The notes under the pieces: model-generated
Databases searched by the model: none
Told to the model about the DNA's origin: nothing
Seen by the model: the letters and a program-made list of their open reading frames with translations, nothing else
Assembly (NCBI GenBank): GCA_035699305.1
Contig: DASSAT010000395.1
Span: forward strand, 1 to 49,806
DNA from: Fimbriiglobus sp.
GTDB taxonomy: Bacteria > Planctomycetota > Planctomycetia > Gemmatales > Gemmataceae
Reading direction: 5' to 3'
DNA: 49,806 nt
Shown: positions 26,756-34,602 of the stretch, piece after piece
Numbering within the stretch: position 1 is the stretch's first letter
Layout of the letters: each line of letters begins with the position of its first letter
Position numbers and translations under genes: made by a program

Positions 26756-27364
26756 ATGCCGGTGCAAGAGTTCAACCCGATGAGGTTCTGGTGTGCGCCG
26801 AATCAGGCGACCCCGGACTACATCGTCTACGACGACTTCCGCTCGTGGGTCGCCTACGGGCTGCTGGCCTGTTGGCTCAGCCACGATGCCGACGACCCGA
26901 ACGCCGACTGCCACATGGCCCGGCCCGTCACCGGTGAGGACGTGCGGGAGCTTCGGGGCTACTTCCTCGATCTGGTCGAGACGGTCATCGTGGCGCTGTG
27001 GGAGGGCCAGTACGAGCCCGGCGACGGCAGCATCGACGGTGACTGGCAGTCCCTCGTCATCGGGAACGGCGACGAGAACCCCGGCGTGGAAGAGACCTTC
27101 CTGACGTGGTACGTCCGTCTGGACGACGACTGCATCATGTTCGATCTGCATTGCTCCGGGGCCGACAGCGTGGCCATCTGGCTGAGCTACGACGCCATCA
27201 CCGACCGCAGGAACGTCCTCACGGTGCTCGCCGAGGCCCGCAAGACGGTCGCCGATGACGGCGAGCAGGGCGGGGTGTGGCCCGATCTGGTCAAGTTGGT
27301 CGAGGCGGCTCGGTCAGCGGACACCGGCAACGGCAGTGTTCGAGACCCACAGCCCGAGCCATGA
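26756..27364 (+). CDS. Hypothetical protein (202 aa, acidic)
   Basis: GGGAGAG SD upstream. Normal composition. No family recognised. Confidence 0.6.
   Translation: MPVQEFNPMRFWCAPNQATPDYIVYDDFRSWVAYGLLACWLSHDADDPNADCHMARPVTGEDVRELRGYFLDLVETVIVALWEGQYEPGDGSIDGDWQSLVIGNGDENPGVEETFLTWYVRLDDDCIMFDLHCSGADSVAIWLSYDAITDRRNVLTVLAEARKTVADDGEQGGVWPDLVKLVEAARSADTGNGSVRDPQPEP
27315..27328 (+). promoter_or_regulatory. Motif copy M11 (inside the 3' end of the previous ORF)
   Basis: CAGCGGACACCGGC, 44 nt upstream of ATG 27373. Confidence 0.65.
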
Positions 27365-27372
27365 GGGGAACG

Positions 27373-27672
27373 ATGACCGACGCAAATCCAAAGTTTGTAC
27401 TGGGGCAAGTTGTGGCAACGCCGGGCGGCTTGGCAGCGCTGGCCAGAGCGGGTCAGACCCCGGAGGAAATCCTCGACCGACACGTGCGGGGGGACTGGGG
27501 CGACCTCGGCCCGGATGACGCCGCCCTGAACGGCGAGGCCGTGGCGGACGGCTCCCGCATCTTCAGCGCCTACGTCCTCAAGACGGGCGAGAAGCTGTGG
27601 GTCATAACCGAGGCTCGGGATGACGAGGGCCACCGGTCCTCGACCTGCCTGCTCCTGCCCGACGAATACTGA
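27373..27672 (+). CDS. Small conserved plasmid/ICE-associated protein (99 aa, GDWGDL motif)
   Basis: MTDANPKFVLGQVVATPGGLAAL...RHVRGDWGDLGPDDAALN...GSRIFSAYVL...LWVITEA...TCLLLPDEY. I recall this pattern from hypothetical proteins on plasmids and ICEs, but this is memory only. Confidence 0.55.
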   Translation: MTDANPKFVLGQVVATPGGLAALARAGQTPEEILDRHVRGDWGDLGPDDAALNGEAVADGSRIFSAYVLKTGEKLWVITEARDDEGHRSSTCLLLPDEY

Positions 27673-27717
27673 CCGGCCCGGCCCGGTCGGGCCACGAGCG
27701 ACGACCCGACACTCGAC

Positions 27718-27751
27718 GAGGGGCGGCTGCTTAGCCGCCCCTCTCGTTTTT
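27718..27751 (+). terminator. Intrinsic terminator
   Basis: Perfect 11-bp stem GAGGGGCGGCT / AGCCGCCCCTC with loop GCTT, followed by TCGTTTTTC. Confidence 0.65.
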
Positions 27752-27769
27752 CGCTCCCGCCGGGTGATG

Positions 27770-27783
27770 GAGCGGACACCGGC
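27770..27783 (+). promoter_or_regulatory. Motif copy M12
   Basis: GAGCGGACACCGGC, 44 nt upstream of ATG 27828 and 19 nt after the terminator. Confidence 0.7.
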
Positions 27784-27827
27784 AAGGCCGCTGTGGTGAC
27801 AACCAAATCCCTGAACCGGAGGACCGC

Positions 27828-28178
27828 ATGAGCATCACCGTCCACGCCTTCGACCACCGGGAGTGGGTCAAGCGGGGGCTGGCCAGCTTCGGGCACTTCG
27901 CCGACCGGATCACCAAATGCAACGTGGGCAAGGAGGACGACGGCAGCAGCTACGGCGAGTGGTTCCACGCCCCCGACAAGCCGCTGTCGAACGGGGACCG
28001 GGTGATCTACCACGGCTCATGGGACTGCGACCACAGCCCCGGTGCCCCGGCCCATACCCACGCCCAGATCTTCGCCGGCAGCGACCCGGACGAACTCGCC
28101 GAGTTCACGGTGCGTGTGCGGGAGTGGGAGTCGCAGCCCGAGTTCGACGACCAGTTCGAGTCCGACGACTTCTCCTGA
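27828..28178 (+). CDS. Hypothetical protein (116 aa)
   Basis: CGGAGGA SD upstream. Normal composition. Confidence 0.55.
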   Translation: MSITVHAFDHREWVKRGLASFGHFADRITKCNVGKEDDGSSYGEWFHAPDKPLSNGDRVIYHGSWDCDHSPGAPAHTHAQIFAGSDPDELAEFTVRVREWESQPEFDDQFESDDFS

Positions 28179-28202
28179 CCATCTCTTCTCTCCCCGCCCC
28201 GC

Positions 28203-28216
28203 TGACGGACACCGGC
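28203..28216 (+). promoter_or_regulatory. Motif copy M13
   Basis: TGACGGACACCGGC, 38 nt upstream of ATG 28255. Bracketed by CCCCGCCCC (28192-28200) and GGGGCGGGG (28220-28228). Confidence 0.7.
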
Positions 28217-28254
28217 AGTGGGGCGGGGCCATAATCGAAACACCGGAGGACGCC

Positions 28255-28500
28255 ATGAGCGACCCGACCGAGCACGAACGCCGCAAGAGGCTCGCCGAGA
28301 TCAACTGCCAGCCGAAGTCACGGGAGGAATTGGAAGTCGTGTACGGTCAAGTATGGACGACGGCGGACTTGGCGAGAGACTTCATCATCATCGGCTTCAT
28401 GGCCCCGCTCATCGTCGTCCAGCGGAAGAGCGACGGGGTAAAGGGGTCGTTGGAGTTCCAGCACCAGCCCCGCTTCTATTTCAACTTCCAGCCCGACTGA
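28255..28500 (+). CDS. Hypothetical protein (81 aa)
   Basis: Start trimmed to MSDPTEHERRKRLAEINCQPKSREELE, with CGGAGGA SD. Confidence 0.55.
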   Translation: MSDPTEHERRKRLAEINCQPKSREELEVVYGQVWTTADLARDFIIIGFMAPLIVVQRKSDGVKGSLEFQHQPRFYFNFQPD

Positions 28501-28509
28501 GCCAACAAC

Positions 28510-28523
28510 AAGCGGTCTCCGGC
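28510..28523 (+). promoter_or_regulatory. Degenerate motif copy (2 core mismatches)
   Basis: AAGCGGTCTCCGGC, 46 nt upstream of ATG 28570. The spacing matches the canonical copies. Confidence 0.35.
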
Positions 28524-28569
28524 TGCGTGCAGGGCCGGGGATCGCCTATCCCCTTGAAGGAGGCACACG

Positions 28570-28854
28570 ATGACCGACCACCCATGTTCGACGACGCTCA
28601 CGGACGCACACCCCGATCACGAAGGGAGGCTCCCGATCCGGCTCGCCGTGTCCCCGAACGGCGTGTCGCTGTACGCCGAGGGCTACGGCGACATGGGTAC
28701 GATGCCGGGCCACGGCACGCCCGTATTCGTCGAGTTGTACAGGGGCGAACTCCGGGTGATCGTCTGGGCGGACATCAGCCAAGAAGACCCGACGCACGTG
28801 ATCTCGTTGGCTGGCGCACGGGAGGATCGACGCCAGCCGGACGGCGAACAGTGA
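28570..28854 (+). CDS. Hypothetical protein (94 aa)
   Basis: AGGAGG SD 7 nt upstream. Confidence 0.5.
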   Translation: MTDHPCSTTLTDAHPDHEGRLPIRLAVSPNGVSLYAEGYGDMGTMPGHGTPVFVELYRGELRVIVWADISQEDPTHVISLAGAREDRRQPDGEQ

Positions 28855-28881
28855 CCACCAACAGCGGAAGGGAGTCGAAGG

Positions 28882-29064
28882 ATGGAGAAGGTCGTGATCG
28901 TGACCGTCGAGGGCGGCGTGGTCCAGCATGTCGAGTGCCCGGCCGGCGTGAAGGTCGTCGTCAAGGATTACGACGCCGAGGGCGTCGAGGCCGACCTGCT
29001 GTCGGCGGACGACCACGGCGGCGAGTACGTCGAGAGCGTCTGGGAGGGCGACCCGGCCGGATGA
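28882..29064 (+). CDS. Hypothetical protein (60 aa)
   Basis: MEKVVIVTVEGGVVQHVECPAGVKVVVKDYD... GAAGG SD upstream. The stop is the TGA of motif M14. Confidence 0.45.
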   Translation: MEKVVIVTVEGGVVQHVECPAGVKVVVKDYDAEGVEADLLSADDHGGEYVESVWEGDPAG

Positions 29065-29075
29065 CGGACACCGGC
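29062..29075 (+). promoter_or_regulatory. Motif copy M14
   Basis: TGACGGACACCGGC, 44 nt upstream of ATG 29120. Confidence 0.7.
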
Positions 29076-29119
29076 GATTTGGTCGTGGCGATGACCACGA
29101 CCAACGACCGGAGAAAAGG

Positions 29120-29671
29120 ATGCACACATCCGCCGATCACCGCCTGAACGGGCAACTCCTGCCGCAGACCACGAGGAGCAAGGCTAAGTCCAAGCCGACC
29201 AAGACGAAGCCCCGGTGGAACGCCGACCGGGTGCTGTACTGGAGCGCCACCGCCGCCCCGTGGGGTCTCGCCATTTTGCTCCTCATGGTCTCCATGCCTC
29301 ACCTCGCCGGCGGGTTCCAAACCGTCTGCCACTGCGGGCCGCTGGCCGGGTGGCTACTGGCCGTCGCCATCGACACCGCCCAAGTGGTGGCGAAGCTGCA
29401 AACCACGCTGGCCAAGCGGTACACCACCACCCCGTCCGTCCGGTGGACCTCGACCGGGATCATCGCCGGAACCATCCTGATGTCGATGGCGCTGAACGTG
29501 ATGGCCTTCCTCGCCGGGGCGAGGACAGTGACCGGGACTGTGCTGGCGTGGGTCGCCGGGGTGATGCTGCCGCTGCTGGTGCTCGCCCTGAGTTACACCG
29601 GCTCGGCCTTCGCTCTGGCGAAGGTCAGGAAGGAGGCGAAGGTCAAGGTGAAGGGCGGGCGGCCGAGGTGA
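29120..29671 (+). CDS. Integral membrane protein (about 4 TM helices, basic N-terminus)
   Basis: 183 aa. Hydrophobic segments WGLAILLLMVSMP, LAGWLLAVAIDTAQVV, GIIAGTILMSMALNVMAFL, VLAWVAGVMLPLLVLAL. Confidence 0.6.
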   Translation: MHTSADHRLNGQLLPQTTRSKAKSKPTKTKPRWNADRVLYWSATAAPWGLAILLLMVSMPHLAGGFQTVCHCGPLAGWLLAVAIDTAQVVAKLQTTLAKRYTTTPSVRWTSTGIIAGTILMSMALNVMAFLAGARTVTGTVLAWVAGVMLPLLVLALSYTGSAFALAKVRKEAKVKVKGGRPR

Positions 29672-29678
29672 CACGGCG

Positions 29679-29708
29679 GGCGTCGGCGAGGTTGGTCTCG
29701 CCGACGCC
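29679..29708 (+). terminator. GC hairpin after the membrane-protein gene
   Basis: Perfect 12-bp stem GGCGTCGGCGAG / CTCGCCGACGCC with loop GTTGGT, 8 nt after the stop. No U-tract. Confidence 0.4.
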
Positions 29709-30099
29709 CCGGTCTCGATCTCGCCGTATTCGAGCGGGCTCGGCGACCCGACCCAGATCCCGCCAGCAACGACCGTGTGACACTTCTCGAAACCCAGAAA
29801 CCCTTCGTGGTTCCGCCTCGGGCGGGTTTCCCGGATGGCCTCCCCACACGGCTCCCGTGCCCACCTTTTTGTTTCTCGACATCTCCACGATCCCTCGGCT
29901 CAAGCTGAAGCCTCCGGCAGAACGGCTTCTCTTTTTCAGCACGCCGCCGAAAAAATCGCCGGGCTCCTTGCGCTCCACCGAGCTGGCGGCGAGTCCTCAC
30001 TTCACTCTCGTCCCCACGAGGTCCAGACCCCGGACCCCCTCCACCCGTCCCTGCCGCCGGACTGGCCCCCTCCGGTACGGCCGACTGGTAGCACCGGCG

Positions 30100-30420
30100 T
30101 CACTTCGGCTTCGTCTTGATGACCGTGACAGCCCGGATGGCAGTGAGTGGGATACGAGTCTCCAGCAACCCCTCGTTGTCCGTGACGACGATGAAGTCAT
30201 CGCCGATCTCGGCAACCTTGTGAGTGGCTTCGGCCACGTCTTGGAGCACATTGATCTCCCAGAGCGATCCCTTCTCCCGGAGCGTGACCGCCTGCCCGGC
30301 TTTGAGCGGGGACAGCACGGTGCGGCGAGCCGCCGGTGCCGGCTGGGAGGTTGCCGGGGGCAGCGACAGGCCGAGGCCGAGAGCGGCGACCGCCAGCACG
30401 GCGAGGGTGGTTGGTCTCAT
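30100..30420 (-). CDS. Small secreted protein (106 aa)
   Basis: Signal-like MRPTTLAVLAVAALGLGLSLPPATSQPAP. Confidence 0.55.
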   Translation of the reverse strand: MRPTTLAVLAVAALGLGLSLPPATSQPAPAARRTVLSPLKAGQAVTLREKGSLWEINVLQDVAEATHKVAEIGDDFIVVTDNEGLLETRIPLTAIRAVTVIKTKPK

Positions 30421-30818
30421 GTGCGGCTCATTTCGTCGAGTTCGGCCCAGTGGATGTTCACGAGGCCGAGGCTACCCTCCACCGGCCCGTGACGCTTCTG
30501 GGGCGGGTTCACGAGTAATCTGCACGACCTCGACAGCCACAACTGCAAGTCACGCAGGCCGACCGGCGTGTCCGAGTGAAGGTCCACGATGACCGGGGCG
30601 ACGAACCGCCGGTGCGGCTTGTTCCCGTACTCCAGCATGAGGAGGCGCTGCATCTCGGCGCACGCCTCGTTGGCGTCCGAGTAGAGCGCCGCCTCCCGCT
30701 GCGTGGCGCTCCACCCAGTTCCACTCCAATACCGCAACCAGCCATCGGAAATCACCCACCTCGGATGCTCGGGGGTGCCGGCTGCGTGTAGGCTCAGGTA
30801 GATCGGTCGGCGGTCCAC
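30417..30818 (-). CDS. Hypothetical protein (133 aa)
   Basis: Normal composition. 4-nt overlap with the downstream gene. Confidence 0.55.
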   Translation of the reverse strand: MDRRPIYLSLHAAGTPEHPRWVISDGWLRYWSGTGWSATQREAALYSDANEACAEMQRLLMLEYGNKPHRRFVAPVIVDLHSDTPVGLRDLQLWLSRSCRLLVNPPQKRHGPVEGSLGLVNIHWAELDEMSRT

Positions 30819-30821
30819 GGG

Positions 30822-31046
30822 CTACTCCTCGTTGAACGTGTCGGCGGTCTCGAAGAGCGTGACGAGATCCGCCGCCAAGCGGTACGCCTGCTCTTTGGGC
30901 ACTGCGATGTTGGTGGGCGCATACGAGCCGGCCGGGTCGAGCCGGACCGACAGGATGGCGACCGGCCGGCCCTCGACACGGCCGGCCGTCACCCCGAGCA
31001 ACTCGGCCTCCCGCACCATGACGACGTGCTTCGGCGGTCGGTCCAC
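30822..31046 (-). CDS. Hypothetical protein (74 aa)
   Basis: Start set to GTG 31046, with GGGAGG 7 nt upstream and motif M15 47 nt upstream. ATG 31019 is an alternative. Confidence 0.45.
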   Translation of the reverse strand: MDRPPKHVVMVREAELLGVTAGRVEGRPVAILSVRLDPAGSYAPTNIAVPKEQAYRLAADLVTLFETADTFNEE

Positions 31047-31073
31047 GTCACAACCTCCCGGTCTGCGGTGAGC

Positions 31074-31104
31074 GAAAACGGACACCGGTGCCTGCCGGTG
31101 TCCG
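31074..31104 (-). terminator. Intrinsic terminator of the WD40 gene, built from two inverted motif cores
   Basis: The minus strand reads CGGACACCGG-CAGGCA-CCGGTGTCCG followed by TTTTCGC. 10-bp perfect stem. Confidence 0.55.
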
Positions 31105-31107
31105 CCA
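31094..31107 (-). promoter_or_regulatory. Motif copy M15
   Basis: Minus-strand TGGCGGACACCGGC. An inverted partner (plus-strand CGGACACCGG) lies at 31079-31088. Confidence 0.7.
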
Positions 31108-31128
31108 GAGCCCTCCTCCCCGTGCCCG

Positions 31129-32625
31129 CTACTCGCCGCCCGTGCCGCCCATCATCTCCAGCAGGTCGTCGAGCCCGAGCAGGATGGTCTCCGTCATGTC
31201 CCAGAGCACGACCGACCGGTCCTCCGACCCGGTTGCGATCCACCGGCCGGCCGGGGAGAAGGCGACGGCATAGACTGCCGCCCCGTGCCCCCGGAGGGTG
31301 CCGACCAGCCGCTCGGTCTGGACGCTCCACAGCCTCGCCGACTTGTCCGCACCGGCCGTGGCGACGAGGTGCGCCCCCCGCTTCTGTGGCAGGTCGGGGT
31401 ACGGGAACGGCGACACCGCCACGTCCCAGATCACCTCCCCGTGGGCCGTCCAGTAGCGGGGCTGGTGCGGGAACGGCCGGCCGTCCGCCACGTCCCACAC
31501 GTACAGCCGCCCGTCCACCACACGGCCGTCCTCGTTGCTCTCGTCGTCGTCGATCCCGAGGTCGGCGAACAAGCCCTTCGGGACGGCGACCCGGCCCTCC
31601 CCGATGTTGCCGCAGGCGACGGCCCCGATCCCGGCCGCCCGGCGGGGGCGGTCGCCGAAGTTCATCCGCCCGGTCCCCAGATCCCACAGCGACAGATACC
31701 GGTCGGGCGAGGCGGTCAGCAGGTGCGCCCCGGTGGACCGGACGAGGGCGGCGGACCGGACCGGCCTCCCGGCCTCGATGACCGCCCGCTCCCGGCCCGA
31801 GTCGAGATCCCAGAGCCGGATCGTCCCGTCCTCACCGGCCGTCACCAGCGTCCGCCCGTCCGGCAGGAAGCACACTTCGTTGATCGCCTGCCGATGCCCG
31901 GCCAAGTGTGAAGCAGGCCGGCCGGTCGTCACCTCCCACAGATGGGCGCTGCCGTCCCGACTGCCGCAGGCGACGAAGCGGCCGTCCGGGGAGAAGGCCA
32001 CCTCCGAGATCTTGTCCGAGCCGCCGGTGAAGCAACCCACCTGAACACGGGCCTCGACGTTCCACAGCCGCACCGTGCGGTCGAACCCGCCGGACGCCAG
32101 CACCGACCCGTCCGGCGAGAACGCCACGCAGGACACCCCGGCCGTGTGGCCCAGCAGCCGGGCCGCTGGCGACAAGGTGGGTGCGGTGGCTTCGAGCGGG
32201 TCGCCCTCCGGCTCCTCACCCCGCCGATCCCCGCACCCGGCGAGGAACTGTCGGACCTCGACCCAACACCACTCTTCGGGGTCGAAGACCAGATCGTCGG
32301 CCCCGAGTTCGCCCGAGCCGGCCATCCGCCGGACCTCGCCGGCGGTGTACGGCCCCTTCCTGTCGCTCGCCTTCAGCCAGAGCCACCTCGCCTCCGGGGT
32401 GACTTGGTTGGGCTCACTGAACTCGACGGCCGTGGGAATGTTCGGCGAGAGGAGTTCGTAGACCCCGCTGATGGTGCTCGCCTCCCGCCACCCCCAGTCG
32501 GCGTCGGCCCGGCGCAAGAGGTCGTCGGGCTTGAGATCCTTAGCCACGATGGCGAGCCGTAGGGCCAGATTGCTAAGCGGCTTGGCCCCGGCTACGTGGA
32601 GCACGAACCAGAGGTCGTCTGACAT
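31129..32625 (-). CDS. WD40-repeat protein with N-terminal GYF_2-like module
   Basis: 498 aa. Repeats such as GHTAGVSCVAFSPDGSVLASGGFDRTVRLWNV. The N-terminal region has WLWLKASDRKGPYTAGEVRRMAGSGELGADDLVF. Confidence 0.85.
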   Translation of the reverse strand: MSDDLWFVLHVAGAKPLSNLALRLAIVAKDLKPDDLLRRADADWGWREASTISGVYELLSPNIPTAVEFSEPNQVTPEARWLWLKASDRKGPYTAGEVRRMAGSGELGADDLVFDPEEWCWVEVRQFLAGCGDRRGEEPEGDPLEATAPTLSPAARLLGHTAGVSCVAFSPDGSVLASGGFDRTVRLWNVEARVQVGCFTGGSDKISEVAFSPDGRFVACGSRDGSAHLWEVTTGRPASHLAGHRQAINEVCFLPDGRTLVTAGEDGTIRLWDLDSGRERAVIEAGRPVRSAALVRSTGAHLLTASPDRYLSLWDLGTGRMNFGDRPRRAAGIGAVACGNIGEGRVAVPKGLFADLGIDDDESNEDGRVVDGRLYVWDVADGRPFPHQPRYWTAHGEVIWDVAVSPFPYPDLPQKRGAHLVATAGADKSARLWSVQTERLVGTLRGHGAAVYAVAFSPAGRWIATGSEDRSVVLWDMTETILLGLDDLLEMMGGTGGE

Positions 32626-32756
32626 CGGAGCACCCTCTGTGAGCCCGGCCCTGCACCGGCAGGGCTGGGCCTACCTGAAGAGCGAAATCGGGGCGGAAAC
32701 CGGTTCACGAGCCGTTCGTGGACGATTCTCCCGGCTCAGTCACGGCAAGTGGATAA

Positions 32757-32770
32757 CACCGGTGTCCGCT
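32757..32770 (-). promoter_or_regulatory. Motif copy M16
   Basis: Minus-strand AGCGGACACCGGTG (the ACACCGGTGT part is palindromic), 131 nt upstream of WD40 ATG 32625. Confidence 0.5.
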
Positions 32771-32850
32771 ACCGAGCGACGAACTGGTCGTGGGCGATCC
32801 CACAACGGTACGACCGTAGTGATCGAGCAGTCGAGCCAGCCGACAGCGGC

Positions 32851-34386
32851 TTAGCGCTTGGCCGTGATGAGTAAAGTGCGGTCCTGCGTCGGTTGCACCC
32901 GCAGGTGCAGAGAGCCGTCTCGAAGGTCGTACCGCCAGCGGCGGTACTGAGCCCGTAACGGGGCGGGAGCGCCCAACTTCTCGGGATCTTGAGAGTCGCT
33001 AGCCGGTCGCCCGAACGACTCGAAGAACTGTTCCCCGCTGTCTGCCACGAACGTAGCTATCCCGGCACGAGGATCAAACTGAAGCTGGAGGTGCGGGCGG
33101 TTGCGCATCATGATGTAGTGCATCTTGGCGATGAACTCGGCGATTGTGCCGCCCATCCACGGCTGGTCGTCCACATCGAGGTAATACCGCCTGTCCGTTC
33201 TCGCCTCGATGTAGGCGAGTCGGTGCTTGCCGACCGGCCTACCGTCCTCGAACAGTCCGTGCGCCCCCGACTTGCCGTCTTGCTCCCAGTCGGCGTAGTA
33301 GCCATGCCGGGCTCCGTCCTTACGTGGGTCGAACCGCTTCCGGCCCCCGTTGTCCCACCACTCTTTTTGTGGCCCATGCCTCTTCCCCTCGACCCACGTG
33401 TACTCCAACTCCCTCGTGCCGTCCTCGTACCACCCCTCGGCCCGCCCGTGCCGCTTCCCGTGGACATAGGCGATGACCGAACTCGGCTTGCCGTTCTTGT
33501 GCCACGACCGCCAGACACCGTGTTCCTTCTGGTCCACGAAACAGGTCTCTTGGGATTTCGTCCCATCCTCGTAGTAGTACGTGATGACCCCGTGTGTCCT
33601 GTCGTGCAGCACCGTCCCTTCTCGGAACTTCCGACCTGCCATCTTGTCGTACCAAGTAACGAACTTGCCGTGGGCGACGAACTTGCCGCTGGAGTCGATG
33701 TACCCCTCCTCGGTCTCAATCTTCCCGATCAAATCCCTCGACCCGGATTTGATCTCTCGGTCCCTCGTCGTGGGGCGAGCGCCAGCGGGTAGGGTGTCGT
33801 AGTCGTCCTTCGAGAAGTCATAGGTGTAATCGACTTTGGAGAAGTCGGGCACCTCGACCGCATACCGGGGGTCTTCGGTCGGAAAGCTGCCGTCCGCCCC
33901 GTCCGTGTCCCCGGCTCCCCTCAGCCGGTCGGCCTCGGCCAGTTCCTTCTTGGTCGCCTCCTGTTGGCGGGAGCCGAACAGGAACAGCGCCCCGAAGCCC
34001 CCGCAGCACATCACGAAGCAGAGCCCGACTCCCGAGGCCAGCAGGACGACTTTCTTCCGCTTCGCCGCCTGCTTGGCCTCGTCCCCGTCGCCCGACTTCC
34101 GGGAGGCCAGCGGGACCACCGGCTTCCGTTTCGCCGTCGCCTGCATCGCCTCGTCATCTTCGCCCACCTTCCGGGCCGGCCGGTCGGCATCCGCCGGCAC
34201 CGGCGGTGGGGCGGGGAACAGCCCCTTGATGTCCTTCGCCCGCCGCACCGTCTCCACGTCCCCCCGGCGGACCTGATCGTCGGGCTTCAACTTCCCACTC
34301 GCCGCCAACTGCTTGAGTTGCCGGCCGGTGTACGGCCCCTCCTCCCTATCCCCCCGCACGACGAACCACTGCTGCGCCAGCGCCAT
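32851..34386 (-). CDS. GYF_2 (DUF4339)-domain membrane protein with MORN/YwqK-type repeats
   Basis: Start trimmed to MALAQQWFVVRGDREEGPYTGRQLKQLAASGKLKPDDQVRRGD. One TM segment (VVLLASGVGLCFVMCCGGFGALFLF). Repeats such as HGVWRSWHKNGKPSS, HGRAEGWYEDGTRE, HGPQKEWWDNGG. Confidence 0.75.
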   Translation of the reverse strand: MALAQQWFVVRGDREEGPYTGRQLKQLAASGKLKPDDQVRRGDVETVRRAKDIKGLFPAPPPVPADADRPARKVGEDDEAMQATAKRKPVVPLASRKSGDGDEAKQAAKRKKVVLLASGVGLCFVMCCGGFGALFLFGSRQQEATKKELAEADRLRGAGDTDGADGSFPTEDPRYAVEVPDFSKVDYTYDFSKDDYDTLPAGARPTTRDREIKSGSRDLIGKIETEEGYIDSSGKFVAHGKFVTWYDKMAGRKFREGTVLHDRTHGVITYYYEDGTKSQETCFVDQKEHGVWRSWHKNGKPSSVIAYVHGKRHGRAEGWYEDGTRELEYTWVEGKRHGPQKEWWDNGGRKRFDPRKDGARHGYYADWEQDGKSGAHGLFEDGRPVGKHRLAYIEARTDRRYYLDVDDQPWMGGTIAEFIAKMHYIMMRNRPHLQLQFDPRAGIATFVADSGEQFFESFGRPASDSQDPEKLGAPAPLRAQYRRWRYDLRDGSLHLRVQPTQDRTLLITAKR

Positions 34387-34472
34387 GTTCTCCCCCCGTG
34401 TGTCGGCCGTTCTGTCCGGTCGCCCCACTGAGCGAGACCCGGCCCGGAACCGGCTCACGAACACGGCCCGGT

Positions 34473-34486
34473 GCGGGTGTCCGCCA
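34473..34486 (-). promoter_or_regulatory. Motif copy M17 (1 mismatch)
   Basis: Minus-strand TGGCGGACACCCGC, 86 nt upstream of ATG 34386. Confidence 0.45.
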
Positions 34487-34602
34487 GAGCCGGCGTGAGC
34501 CGGTTTCCGCACGGGTCTCGCTCATCCGGGCGGGAGAGGCCGAGGGCCGAGGTGGAGGGACTGATCCCCGTTCTCCCCCAGCGGGTCACGGACGACGGCC
34601 GG

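Noticed and set aside
29215-30492. 425-aa plus-strand ORF spanning the 29.7-30.1 kb gap
   Set aside because: It is Arg/Pro/Ser-rich and overlaps the membrane-protein gene in another frame as well as two minus-strand genes. There are no motifs. I treat the 29672-30099 segment as non-coding.
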